Source: Gemmatimonadota bacterium (GTDB lineage: Bacteria; Gemmatimonadota; Gemmatimonadetes; Gemmatimonadales; GWC2-71-9). From it: a DNA stretch of 64,000 nucleotides. The stretch spans positions 1 to 64,000 of the forward strand of contig JAZDCY010000028.1 of NCBI GenBank assembly GCA_036679645.1. The letters run 5' to 3'. Both the position numbers and the translations under genes were made by a program. Of this stretch, positions 1 to 10,800 are shown piece after piece; position 1 is the stretch's first letter; each line of letters opens with the position of its first letter. The notes beneath the pieces were generated by a model. The model searched no databases. It was not told the DNA's origin and was given only the letters and a program-made list of their open reading frames with translations.

Positions 1-225
1 GTCGAGTCCACGACCACCGCGGCGATCGGCGCGGCAGCCGGCGTGGGCACGGGATTGCTGCTCGCATCTCTGATCGACGCGACGACACCGCTGCCCGCAA
101 GCGTGGCCCCCTGGTCAATCGGTCTCGGGGTGGCCCTCGGCGCGGGCGTCGGTATCATTGCCGGCGTGTACCCGGCGAGCCGTGCGGCGCGCCTCGACCC
201 GATCGTCGCGATGCGGCAGGAGTAA
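1..225 (+). CDS. MacB/FtsX-type ABC transporter permease, C-terminal fragment (truncated by window edge)
   Basis: Ends GIIAGVYPASRAARLDPIVAMRQE, the typical MacB permease C-terminus; frame open from position 1. Confidence 0.9.
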   Translation, partial: VESTTTAAIGAAAGVGTGLLLASLIDATTPLPASVAPWSIGLGVALGAGVGIIAGVYPASRAARLDPIVAMRQE

Positions 226-229
226 CGTT

Positions 230-1483
230 GTGCCGGGACTGAGTGGCCTCACACAGCTCTTCGAGGGTGTCAGCATCGCCCTAGGGTCGTTGCGCAGCAA
301 CAAGATGCGCGCGGCGTTGACGGTGCTCGGGGTCGCCATCGGTGTCATGGTGGTGATGGTCATCGCGGCCACGGTTACCGGAATCAACCGCAACGTCTCG
401 GCACTCTTCGAGGAATCCGGGACGCGCACGTTCTTCGTCACGCGGTATTTCGCGGGTGGCATCGTCGTGTCGGACGGATCCGACGAGATGAGCCCCTGGC
501 GCCGGCGTCCCAACCTCGTCATCGAGGAGGCCGAGCGCCTTCGTGCGCTCCCCACGATCTCCTTTGTGGACGTCGAGGAGGGCTGGAGAGGGCCGGCCTC
601 CTTCGGCGGCACCGAACTCACCTCCGTCCGCATCAGGGGGCGATCAGAGCATTGGCCCAACGTTGCGGGCGGCGACGTCTTCCCCGGCAGGTCGTTCACC
701 CGGCTCGAAAACATGACCGCGGCGCGCGTCGCCGTGATTACCGACAACCTCTCGCAGCGCCTGTTCGGGCAACGCGACCCCATTGGCCGGCGTATTCGCC
801 TGGCGGGTGAACCGTTCGAGGTGATCGGCGTCTACAGCCCACCAACCAATATCTTCGACGATGGGGACAGCCCCCGCGCCATCGTGCCGCACCGGACGCT
901 GCTCAAGTTCATCAAGCCGGATCGCGGATGGATGGAGTTTACGGTCAAGGCGTCCGACACCGTGACGGTTGCGCGCGCCATCGATGACGTGACGGTCGCG
1001 CTCCGGACAACGCGCGCCCTGCGTCCCGGCCAAGAGAACAACTTCGACGTCGTGACCCAAGACAAGCTGCTCGACACCTGGAACAAGATCACCGGCGTGT
1101 TCTTCATGGTCATGATCGCCCTCTCGGGCGTGGGGCTGATGGTGGGCGGCGTGGGGGTCATCGCGATCATGATGATCTCGGTCACGGAACGCACGCGCGA
1201 GATTGGCGTGCGCAAGGCGTTGGGCGCAACCAGGCGCGTCATTCTGTGGCAGTTCCTCGTCGAAGCCTCCACGGTGACCCTCGTAGGCGGTATCGTCGGC
1301 ATGGTGATGGGTGGCGGTCTGGCGTTCATCGTGTCGCACGCGACGCCACTCCCGGCCACAGTACCGTTGTGGTCCGTGGTCGTGGCGCTAGGCGCCGCCG
1401 CAGGCACGGGCATCATCTTCGGGATCTACCCGGCCGCACGCGCCGCACGCCTCGACCCGGTGGAGGCGCTCCGCTACGAGTAG
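230..1483 (+). CDS. MacB/FtsX-type ABC transporter permease
   Basis: RAALTVLGVAIGV N-terminal TM; SVTERTREIGVRKALGA; YPAARAARLDPVEALRYE; GTG start at 230 after AGGAG. Confidence 0.92.
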   Translation: MPGLSGLTQLFEGVSIALGSLRSNKMRAALTVLGVAIGVMVVMVIAATVTGINRNVSALFEESGTRTFFVTRYFAGGIVVSDGSDEMSPWRRRPNLVIEEAERLRALPTISFVDVEEGWRGPASFGGTELTSVRIRGRSEHWPNVAGGDVFPGRSFTRLENMTAARVAVITDNLSQRLFGQRDPIGRRIRLAGEPFEVIGVYSPPTNIFDDGDSPRAIVPHRTLLKFIKPDRGWMEFTVKASDTVTVARAIDDVTVALRTTRALRPGQENNFDVVTQDKLLDTWNKITGVFFMVMIALSGVGLMVGGVGVIAIMMISVTERTREIGVRKALGATRRVILWQFLVEASTVTLVGGIVGMVMGGGLAFIVSHATPLPATVPLWSVVVALGAAAGTGIIFGIYPAARAARLDPVEALRYE

Positions 1484-1583
1484 CGGGACCGTCTGAGCGG
1501 CCTGGAGACCGGTCGGGCGTATTCGATAGCCGGTCGCCCCACACCCTTCTACCACCGGCCCCCCTCGCCCCGTAGGTTCCTTC

Positions 1584-2809
1584 ATGCCGATCTTCGAGGG
1601 CTTCCGTCTCGCTTTGCAACAGCTCGCCGCCCATAGGCTTCGGTCGTTCTTTACACTGCTCGGGATCATCGTTTCCGTCGGGTTCCTCGTGGCAGTGATC
1701 GCGGTCATCCAGGGCATGAACGCGTATGTGCGGGATAACCTTGCGGGCGCCATCGTTGGGAAGAATGCGTTCCAGATTCGTCGCACGCCCATCTCGGTCG
1801 GCCTGATCGGCGACGAGGAATATCGTGAGCTGCAGCGCCGACCGATCATCGCACCGGAAGATGTTCCTCTCGTCGAGCGGGCCCTCCCCGATGCCGACGC
1901 TATCGCCCTCCAATCGGGCTGGCCCACCCCGCTCGCCGACGTTAAGTGGCGCAACCGCACTGTCGGTGATGTCTCCGTGTTTGGGGTCACGCCACCCTAT
2001 GTCACCGTGCAGGACTACGAGCTGGCCGCCGGGCAGACATTCACCGACATCGACGTACGCGAGCGACGCCGCGTCGCCGTCCTGGGGTGGGACGTCTCGG
2101 AGCGCTACTTCGGCGACGAACCGGCACGCGCGCTGGACCAGACCATACGGGTGCGAGGGGAGACGTTCACGGTCATCGGCGTGATCGCACCAAAGGGTAC
2201 GGTGCTGGGGCAGTCGTGGGATGGGTTCGTGCTCTTGCCCATGACCTCGTTCGAGGCGTTGTATGGGCGCCGCCGGACGACTGTGATTTCGGTCAAGATG
2301 GCCACCGCGGAGGCAGTGGCCGGGGCGATGGCGCGTGCCGAGGAGGCAATGCGGATTGCCCATCAACTCCGCCCGGGAGAGGCCAACGATTTCGCGGTCG
2401 ATACGGCGGAAGGACTGATCAAGTTCTGGCAGAGCCTCACGCGCATCATCTTCGCCGTCGTGCCATCGTGGGTGGAATCGTGATCATGAACATCATGTTG
2501 ATGTCGGTGAAGGAGCGCACGCGAGAGATCGGCATACGAAAATCACTGGGTGCGCGGCGACGGGACATCCGTCGGCAGTTCCTCGCCGAGTCGGTCGCCT
2601 TGGCCGTGATCGGTGGGGGCATCGGACTCGGGGCCGGCTGGACACTCGCACAATTGGTGCGTTTCGCCTCCCCACTTCCCGCCCTCGTCACGTTCTGGTC
2701 GGCGGCATTGGCCTTGAGCCTGGGCGCCAGCGTGGGGATCGTGTTCGGCGTCTATCCCGCCAACCGGGCGGCCAAGATGGATCCCGCAACCGCTATGAGG
2801 CACGAATGA
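1584..2809 (+). pseudogene. MacB/FtsX-type ABC permease, frameshifted at ~2464 (pseudogene or assembly error)
   Basis: ORF 1584-2483 holds the N-terminal TM and periplasmic domain to ..IIFAVVP; the rest (IVGGIVIMNIMLMSVKERTREIG..AMRHE) is in another frame ending at 2809. Confidence 0.85.
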
Positions 2810-4161
2810 AGGGCGGGAAGGCGGGAGGGCGGGAAGGCGGGACGTTGGCACGCGTCACCGACTCGCTCGAGGTGCTCGTCTCGCGTGAACGAATCCAGCG
2901 AGCACGTGGAGGGTTCAGTCGCGCACTGCATGGTATCACCGAGGGTGTGGCAATCGCGTTCGACTCCATCGGCACGAACAAGCTGAGATCGGGACTCACC
3001 GTTCTGGGCGTCGTCATTGGCGTGTCAACGGTGATGTCGATGGCATCGATCGTGAGCGGCATTCGCGGCCAGATCGTCAACACCTTGGAAGTCGTCGGTC
3101 CAACCACGTTTCGCATTATGCGGTTCTTTTCTTCCACACCCATCGATCCGGACAACCTCCCGCGCGAGGTACGTATCCGTCCGGTCCTGTCGTGGGCCGA
3201 GGCCGAGGCCATCGAGGACCTGCCGGAGATTCGCTACTCCGCCATATGGCTCGGCGTGTACGAGCGCCTACAGTACGGCGACACCCGCACGCAACTGTCC
3301 ATCATCTACGGCGCGGATGATCGGTTCATGGAGGTGTTAGGTGGTGGCATGGTGGACGGACGCATCTTTACACCGACTGAAGCGCGGAGCGGTGCGTCGG
3401 TAGTGATTCTCGAGGTCGACGCGGCCGAGCACGTGTTCGGGCGCATCGATCCGCTCGGCAAGACCATGCGAATTGGTGGCAAGCCGCTCCGCGTAATCGG
3501 TCTGTATCGCACGCCGGAGAACATCTTCCAACCACCCGGTCAGGAGATCACGGCCATCGTGCCGTATCTCACGTCGATTCGGTCGTGGCGTTACGATGAG
3601 GCCAACGGACTCGTCATACTCGTCAAGCCACGGGAAACGATATCTGTCCCGCGCGCGATGGACGCGACCGCGCTGCAGCTCCGGCGCATGCGCAGCCTGC
3701 GGCCCGGTGATCCCGATACCTTCGACATGATCACGTCAGATCAGATTCTGGGTCTATTCAACCAGCTGACCGGCGCCTTCTTTCTCGTGATGATCGTGCT
3801 GTCGAGCGTGGCGCTGTTGGTCGGAGGGATCGGCGTCATGGCCATCATGATGGTGTCGGTCACCGAGCGCACGCGCGAGATAGGCGTGCGCAAAGCCATG
3901 GGCGCGACGCGACGCGAAATCCTGTGGCAGTTCCTCGTTGAGGCCGCGACGCTGACACTCGTTGGCGGCGCCCTCGGCGTCTTGGTCGGCCTGCTGGCCG
4001 GAGAAGGCCTGAAGGCCATGCTCGGGCTCGAATCGGGCGTACCGGTCTGGAGTGCAGCCGTGGCAACGGCGGTCTCGGTCGCCGTCGGGCTTGTATTCGG
4101 AATCCTTCCGGCGAATCGCGCCTCAAAGCTAGATCCTGTGGAGGCGTTGAGGTACGAGTAG
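2806..4161 (+). CDS. MacB/FtsX-type ABC transporter permease
   Basis: RSGLTVLGVVIGV, SVTERTREIGVRKAMGA, LDPVEALRYE; ATGA overlap with the upstream stop; true start may be slightly downstream. Confidence 0.92.
   Translation: MKGGKAGGREGGTLARVTDSLEVLVSRERIQRARGGFSRALHGITEGVAIAFDSIGTNKLRSGLTVLGVVIGVSTVMSMASIVSGIRGQIVNTLEVVGPTTFRIMRFFSSTPIDPDNLPREVRIRPVLSWAEAEAIEDLPEIRYSAIWLGVYERLQYGDTRTQLSIIYGADDRFMEVLGGGMVDGRIFTPTEARSGASVVILEVDAAEHVFGRIDPLGKTMRIGGKPLRVIGLYRTPENIFQPPGQEITAIVPYLTSIRSWRYDEANGLVILVKPRETISVPRAMDATALQLRRMRSLRPGDPDTFDMITSDQILGLFNQLTGAFFLVMIVLSSVALLVGGIGVMAIMMVSVTERTREIGVRKAMGATRREILWQFLVEAATLTLVGGALGVLVGLLAGEGLKAMLGLESGVPVWSAAVATAVSVAVGLVFGILPANRASKLDPVEALRYE
2811..2842 (+). repeat. 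4 x 8-bp tandem repeat (RGGCGGGA)
   Basis: gggcggga-aggcggga-gggcggga-aggcggga read directly. Confidence 0.85.
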
Positions 4162-4189
4162 GGGTGCAGGGTGCAGGGTGCAGGGTGCA
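4162..4189 (+). repeat. 4 x perfect 7-bp tandem repeat (GGGTGCA)
   Basis: gggtgca x4 immediately after the permease stop codon. Confidence 0.95.
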
Positions 4190-4205
4190 CGGTTAGCTTG
4201 TCCCA

Positions 4206-4934
4206 ATGCCAAATCCCTCTCCCGTCGACCTCCTCGCGATCGGCGCTCACCCCGACGATGTCGAGTTGACCTGCGGCGGGACGTTGATCAGGGCCGCCAA
4301 GCAAGGGCATGCGACGGGAATCATTGACCTGACCGGCGGAGAGACCGGGACGCACGGCACGAAGAGCCTTCGCGCCGACGAGGCATCGACCGCAGCCGGG
4401 ATCATGGGGGTCGTGCGGCGCTCGAACGCCGGGCTGCCCGACGCCGGCCTGCACAACACCGACGAAACCCGTCGCGTCGTGGTCGGCATGATCCGCAGCT
4501 TCCGGCCGCGCGTCGTGATCCTCCCGTTTCCCATTGGGCGGCATCCGGACCATCGCACGGCTTCCGAGCTGTGTCGGGACGCGTCCTACCTAGCAGGCCT
4601 CAAGAACTATGTGGCGGACGGTGAGCCGCACCGCCCGGAGAAGATCGTCTACACGTTGGCGTATCGTGAAGACCCCGTGAAGCCTACGTTCGTCGTGGAC
4701 ATCAGCGACGAGTTCGAGAAAAAAATGGAGGCGATTCGCTGTTACGCATCACAATTCGATGGCAAGATGGCGGCAGGAGAGATCTTCCCTTCCGGCGACG
4801 ATATCTACGAGAACGTGCGCATGCACTGTGCGCGCGCGGGCAGCCTGATACGCACCGCCTACGGCGAACCCTTCATGACCCAGGAGACCGTGCGCATCGA
4901 CGACATTGTCGGGATGGGCGTGCGATCGATGTAG
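4206..4934 (+). CDS. bshB1: bacillithiol biosynthesis deacetylase BshB1-like (PIG-L family)
   Basis: AHPDDVE, DLTGGETGT, RHPDH, CYASQF and YGEPF motifs. Confidence 0.85.
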   Translation: MPNPSPVDLLAIGAHPDDVELTCGGTLIRAAKQGHATGIIDLTGGETGTHGTKSLRADEASTAAGIMGVVRRSNAGLPDAGLHNTDETRRVVVGMIRSFRPRVVILPFPIGRHPDHRTASELCRDASYLAGLKNYVADGEPHRPEKIVYTLAYREDPVKPTFVVDISDEFEKKMEAIRCYASQFDGKMAAGEIFPSGDDIYENVRMHCARAGSLIRTAYGEPFMTQETVRIDDIVGMGVRSM

Positions 4935-4973
4935 CCCCCGCTTCAGCGGGAGAGCCGAGGCGGGTTTACCCGC
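4931..4973. repeat. REP-like pair of short palindromes between convergent genes
   Basis: GTAG followed by CCCGCT-TC-AGCGGG (4937-4950) and GCGGGT-TT-ACCCGC (4960-4973). Confidence 0.45.
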
Positions 4974-4976
4974 GGA

Positions 4977-5483
4977 TCATCCGCGCAACGCGTGTTCGTA
5001 AACCTGCAGGTCCCGCTGGCTGAAACAGACGAATCGCACGAGCTGTACAGACGTCGTTCCCGCGAGTTGTTCCTGCACCGTTTCGATGGCGATCCGTGCA
5101 GCCTGTTCGATGGGATAGCCGTAGGCGCCCGTGCTGATCGACGGAAATGCAATCGACCTGATGCCGTGGTCATTCGCTAGCACCAGCGAGTTCACGTAGC
5201 AGTTCCGTAGCTTCTCCGGCTCGCCTCGGTCGCCCCCACTCCATACCGGGCCCACCGTGTGGATTACATGTCTGGCGGGAAGCTGATACGCCCTCGTCAT
5301 GCGCGCTTCCCCAGTAGGGCAGCCGCTGACGGTGCGGCACTCATCGAGTAACTCCGGGCCCGCTGCGCGGTGGATGGCGCCATCGACGCCACCGCCTCCG
5401 AGCAGCGTCGTGTTGGCGGCATTGACGATAGCATCGACGCGTTCCTGCGTGATGTCACCGCAAACAACCTCAAGGGTGCACAT
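4977..5483 (-). CDS. macro domain protein, O-acetyl-ADP-ribose deacetylase (YmdB-like)
   Basis: GDIT, IVNAAN, GGGVDGAIHRAAG, HTVGP and FPSISTGAYGYP motifs. Confidence 0.93.
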   Translation of the reverse strand: MCTLEVVCGDITQERVDAIVNAANTTLLGGGGVDGAIHRAAGPELLDECRTVSGCPTGEARMTRAYQLPARHVIHTVGPVWSGGDRGEPEKLRNCYVNSLVLANDHGIRSIAFPSISTGAYGYPIEQAARIAIETVQEQLAGTTSVQLVRFVCFSQRDLQVYEHALRG

Positions 5484-5575
5484 AGGCTCTCCTCACCGCT
5501 CGCTCAATGCTCGAGATCGGCCGGCATACCCTCCACCATGCCATCACGCCATCACGATGCTAGTTTTCACGTCCG

Positions 5576-6754
5576 ATGATCGACACACCAATCTACCTCG
5601 ACCACGCCGCCACCACCCCGGTCCTGCCCGAGGTGCGGGATGCCATGCTGCCATTCCTCGACGCGGCAGCTTTTGGTAACCCTAGCTCGGCCCATCAGTT
5701 GGGGCGAGCGGCCCGGGCAGCAGTGGACGAAGCCAGGCAGCAAGTGGCGAAGGCGGTCCGGACCGGCCCCGCGCACGTGGTGTTCACCGCGGGCGGAACG
5801 GAGGCCGACAACCTCGCGGTCTTGGGCCGTGCGCTACAGAACCGTGTCGACGGCGGACCGTTCCGGGTCGCCGTGGCGGCCACCGAGCACAAGGCGGTGC
5901 TCGGCGCCGCACACGCCGTCGAATCACTCGGGGGTGAGATGATCGAACTCCCGGTTCACTCCCACGGTCGCCTTCGGCTGGAGGCCCTAGACGAAGCGCT
6001 CAATCGCGACGTCGCCATCGTAAGCGTCATGTGGGTGAACAACGAGACCGGGGTGGTGCAGGATATCCCAGTGATCGCCACGCGCTGCCACGCGGCCGGC
6101 GTGCTGTTCCATACTGACGCCGTTCAGGCACTCGGCAAGCTTCCGATGGACCTGTCTACGCTGCCTGACGTCTTGGTCTCGGTCTCGGCACACAAGATCG
6201 GGGGACCCAAGGGAACCGGCGCGCTGATCGTCCCCGATCCGTCGACCATCATGCCGCTGATCCACGGCGGCGGCCAGCAATCGGGCATGCGTCCCGGAAC
6301 GGAGAACGTGGCGGGTATCACGGGGCTCGGCAGGGCCGCTGAGTTGGCCGCCGCACACATCGAAGAGCACATCGCGGCGCGTGGCGCACTGCGCGACGCC
6401 TTCGAGCAACGGCTGCTCGACGCGATCCCCGACGCCACCGTCCACGCAGCCGAAACGGCTCGAGCACCCCATATCAGCAACGTAGGCATCCCCGGGACCG
6501 ACAGCGAGGCGATGCTGATGCATCTCGACCTCGCAGGCATCTGCTGCTCAGCAGGGTCGGCCTGCACGACGGGTGCGATCGAACCATCTCACGTCTTGCA
6601 CGCGATGGGCGTGCCCGACGATCTGGCGATAGGATCGTTGCGGTTCTCGTTCGGAGAGGGAAACACAATGGAGGACGTGAACCGAGCGATCGAGATACTC
6701 CCAGCGATTGTGGCGAAAGTACGGAAGCTGGGGAAGGTGTTGGGGCACCGATGA
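5576..6754 (+). CDS. iscS: cysteine desulfurase (IscS/NifS group I)
   Basis: [30 protein letters not shown] (PLP lysine), SAGSACT (catalytic Cys); coupled to mnmA. Confidence 0.9.
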   Translation: MIDTPIYLDHAATTPVLPEVRDAMLPFLDAAAFGNPSSAHQLGRAARAAVDEARQQVAKAVRTGPAHVVFTAGGTEADNLAVLGRALQNRVDGGPFRVAVAATEHKAVLGAAHAVESLGGEMIELPVHSHGRLRLEALDEALNRDVAIVSVMWVNNETGVVQDIPVIATRCHAAGVLFHTDAVQALGKLPMDLSTLPDVLVSVSAHKIGGPKGTGALIVPDPSTIMPLIHGGGQQSGMRPGTENVAGITGLGRAAELAAAHIEEHIAARGALRDAFEQRLLDAIPDATVHAAETARAPHISNVGIPGTDSEAMLMHLDLAGICCSAGSACTTGAIEPSHVLHAMGVPDDLAIGSLRFSFGEGNTMEDVNRAIEILPAIVAKVRKLGKVLGHR

Positions 6755-7809
6755 CCCGCGTTCTCGTCGCGATGTCCGGAGGGGTCGATTCCTCCGTTGC
6801 CGCAGCACTGCTCGTGGAGCAAGGCTACGAGGTCATTGGCGCTACCATGAAACTGTTCTGCTACGGTGACGATGTCCCCGACCGTCCCTGCTGCTCGCTC
6901 GACTCGATCAATGACGCGCGCTCCGTCGCCGCATCCCTTGGCATTCCGCACTACCTGCTCAACATGGAAGATCGGTTCAGTGCGGACGTCATTCAGAACT
7001 TCGTCGATGAGTACGCGCGCGGACGCACACCCATTCCGTGTGTGCGCTGCAACTCCTTCACGAAGTTTCGTGACCTCGTGGCCCACGCGGAGTCGCTCGA
7101 CTGCGATGCCATCGCGACCGGTCACTACGTCACCGCCAAGGACGGGGCGCTCTATCGCGGGTCGGATAGGAACAAGGACCAGAGCTACTTTCTCTGGGGT
7201 ATCGATCGCGCGGTGGTCGCGCGCATGATCACGCCCGTGGGCAACCTCACGAAAGCAGAGACGCGTGCGCGTGCCCGCGAATTGGGATTGGTCACGGCCA
7301 ACAAGAAGGAATCGGTCGAGATCTGCTTCGTGCCGACTGGAGATTATCTCCCTGTGCTGAAGGAGCACCTGCCCGAGGAGGCACCCGCGCTCGCGCCGGG
7401 ACCGGTCGTCACGTCGCGTGGTGACGTGATTGGGACACACGACGGCTTTGCCCGCTACACGATCGGGCAGCGACGCGGTGTGCCCGGCGGGCACTCGGAA
7501 CCGATGTACGTGATCGACATCCAACCGGAAACACGTACCGTGGTCGTCGGGACGGGCGATGAGCTGTTCGGCTCATCGGTGACGTTGGACGAAGTCAATT
7601 GGCTCACTGGCAGTCCCTTGGCGCCGGGTGACACATGCAGCATGCAGGTGCGATACCGTTCTCGAGCAGTCCCCGCGCGTGTAGCGGGGCACGAGCGTGA
7701 CACGCGCATCACGCTCGACCTGTTGGAGCCTGTGCGCGCGATCGCACCCGGACAGTCAGGAGTCCTGTACGACGGCGATCGGCTCCTGGGCGGAGGCGTG
7801 ATTGCCTAG
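6751..7809 (+). CDS. mnmA: tRNA 2-thiouridylase MnmA
   Basis: [39 protein letters not shown] and PGQ motifs. Confidence 0.96.
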   Translation: MTRVLVAMSGGVDSSVAAALLVEQGYEVIGATMKLFCYGDDVPDRPCCSLDSINDARSVAASLGIPHYLLNMEDRFSADVIQNFVDEYARGRTPIPCVRCNSFTKFRDLVAHAESLDCDAIATGHYVTAKDGALYRGSDRNKDQSYFLWGIDRAVVARMITPVGNLTKAETRARARELGLVTANKKESVEICFVPTGDYLPVLKEHLPEEAPALAPGPVVTSRGDVIGTHDGFARYTIGQRRGVPGGHSEPMYVIDIQPETRTVVVGTGDELFGSSVTLDEVNWLTGSPLAPGDTCSMQVRYRSRAVPARVAGHERDTRITLDLLEPVRAIAPGQSGVLYDGDRLLGGGVIA

Positions 7810-7846
7810 CACCCACACACAATACGATACGAAGGGAAGTACCCGC

Positions 7847-10800
7847 ATGGTCAAGCGTTCGCTAATGCTCGTCCTATCGTTGCTGCCGCTAGGGCCGCTG
7901 GCTGCACAGGAAGCCGACTCGGTCTGGGACATCAACGTCCCACACGGACCCGCGGACACCGTCCGTTTCGAGACCGACGAGGGGACGTGGATGGATCTGG
8001 ACGTGAGTCCGGACGGGCGTTGGATCGTCTTCGATCTCCTGGGTGACATCTATCGACTGCCTATCGCGGGCGGCGAAGCCGAGCTCATCTCGGGGGGCCG
8101 CGCCTTTGAACATCTGCCGCGTTTCAGCCCCGACGGCGGAACGATCGTCTTCGTGAGCGACCGCAGCGGCAAGGATAACCTCTGGCTCATGCACGCCGAT
8201 GGCACCAATCGTCGTCAGCTCACGAGACTGGACGACGACTTTCCGACCAATCCCATGTGGATGCCGGACGGCCAGTACATCGTCGCCAAACGGCATGTGC
8301 GTAGCACGCGTTCCTTAGGCGGGGGCGAGTTGTGGCTCTTCCACATCAACGGCGGAGATGGAGTGAAGCTCAAGGACCACGAGAGCTTCACGTCCGAGCT
8401 GAACGAACCGTACCCGTCAGCCGACGGACGCTACGTGTACTACACGGCTGCCAGCCCGTTCGACTACAACCGCAACGTGCACGCGGGGATCTTCCAGATA
8501 TCCCGCGTTGATCGCCGCTCGGGCGAGGTCCAGCCCGTCACACGACACGCCGGTGGCGCAATTCGCCCAACGGTATCGCCCAATGGACGATCGCTCGCCT
8601 TCATCCGGCGCATTGGCTTGCAGTCGGTGCTGATCGTCCGGGATCTCGCAACCGGTACCGAGCGCTCCGTGTTCGACAGCCTCGACCGTGACCAACAGGA
8701 AACGTGGGTCGTACACGGAGCATATCCCACGTTCGCATGGACCCGAGACGGCCAGCGGATCGTCATCACGTTTGGTGGGAGACTGCACTCCATCGCGGTC
8801 GCGGATGGGAGCGTCGAGAACATCCCTTTCACCGCACAGGTAGAGCAGGTAGTCGAACAGGCGCTCCGTTTCCAACGCCGCATCCCCGACGACACCATGC
8901 ACGTGCGGATGATCCGCTGGCCGATGCTCTCGGCTGACGGATCGACGCTGATATTCCAGGCGGTCGGCGCGCTCTGGCGAATCGGCCCCAGTGGAACGCC
9001 CGAGCGCATCGTGGAGGGCACGGCGTTCGAGTACGCGCCAAGCCTATCCGCCGACGGGCGATGGATCACGTTTGTCAGCTGGGACGATTCCATTGGCGGC
9101 CACGTCTGGAAGGTCGAGAACCGCTCCGGACCACGTCGCGCCGAACAACTCACGACGACGCCCAACCAGTACGCAAATCCGGTGTTCTCGCCCGACGGCC
9201 AGGAAATCGCTTTCGTCCAGGGCAGTGGCGCGGTCAACCGGGGCGCGGATCTCAGCGCCGAATTGTTCCTCACCATCAACATCATGAGCGCCGATGGTGG
9301 CCCGGTGAGGAAAGTGCTCCTGACGAACAACCGTGGGCCCAACCGCCGCATGCCGCGCGTGTGGTGGAGCGCAGACGGAAGGCATCTCTTTGTCCAGGAA
9401 AGTCGGGACGGGAACACTGTCCTCTCGAGCGTGCGCACCGACGGGACCGACCTGCGTGTACTTGCAACCAACGAGCGCGCCGAGGAGATGGTACCCTCGC
9501 CCGACGGCCGTTGGATCGCGTTCAAGGAACTCCACAACGTATACGTGGCGCCTCTCCCATGGACCGGGCAGCCGATCGAGCTGGAGGCGGCCGGCAAGGG
9601 TGTGAACGTCGTGCAGCTATCGAGGTACGGGGGCGATTGGCTCGCGTGGAGACCCGATTCGCGCTCCCTGACCTGGTCGCTCGGATCCGTGTTCTACCAC
9701 CAGACTCTGGCCGCCGCGTATGACAGCGCGACTACTGAAGATGACGCTGCCGCGGATGATCCTCAGAACGCGGATTGGGTCGAGGCAAACGCCCGTGTTC
9801 CGGCGACCATCACGCAGATCGATTTCACCATTCCGAGATCTCGGCCCCGAGGGAGCCTCGTGCTGCGGGGCGCGCGGGTCATCACCATGAATGGTGACGA
9901 GGTGATCGAACAGGCGGACGTGGTCATCGACGGCAACCGAATTGCGCGCATCTGCCCGGGAACCTGTCCCAACGTACCTACGCTCGCCCGCGTCGTGCCC
10001 GTTCCGGGAAAGACGATCATGCCAGGCATAGTCGATGTGCATGCTCACATGGGGTACGCGACACTGGACATCCAACCACAGACTCTCTGGCAGTACTACG
10101 CGAATCTGGCCTACGGCGTGACTACCACGCACGACCCGTCGGCCTCGACGCAGGCCGTGTTCGCGCAGGCGGAGTTGGTGAACGCGGGGCGGATCGCTGG
10201 CCCGCGCGTCTACTCCACAGGCTTCATCCTTTACGGTGCAGAGAATGCCAACAAAGCGGTCATCAACAGTCTCGATGACGCGCGGGCACACGTTCGCCGG
10301 CTCAAGGCCGTCGGCGCATTCTCTGTCAAGAGTTACAACCAGATGCGGCGCGATGTGCGCCAGTGGATCATCGCAGCGGCCCGAGAGGAACACATGCTCG
10401 TGGTTCCCGAGGGAGGCTCGATGCTCCAGCAAAACCTAACGATGATTCTGGACGGCCATACCGGGCTCGAGCATGCTATTCCCGTTGCGCCACTCTACAA
10501 GGATGTCGTTACTCTCCTGGCCGGCAGCCAGACCGGATACACGCCAACCCTCATCGTAGGCTACGGCGGCGTGTGGGGAGAGAATTACTGGTACCAGGAA
10601 TCAGACGTCTTCCGCAACGAACGGTTGTCACGTTTCGTGCCCCGGACCGTTCTCGATGCACGCGCGCGGCGGCGTATGCTCGTCCCGGAAGAGGAGTTCT
10701 ACCATTTCGAACTGGCGCGTACAGCGCACGATATCGCCGAGGCCGGCGGGCACGTGCAGCTGGGTGCGCACGGTCAGCTCCAAGGATTGGGTGCGCACTG

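Noticed and set aside
4977..5483. Macro domain as a DarG-type antitoxin or defence gene
   Set aside because: Stand-alone YmdB-like sequence with no adjacent ADP-ribosyltransferase
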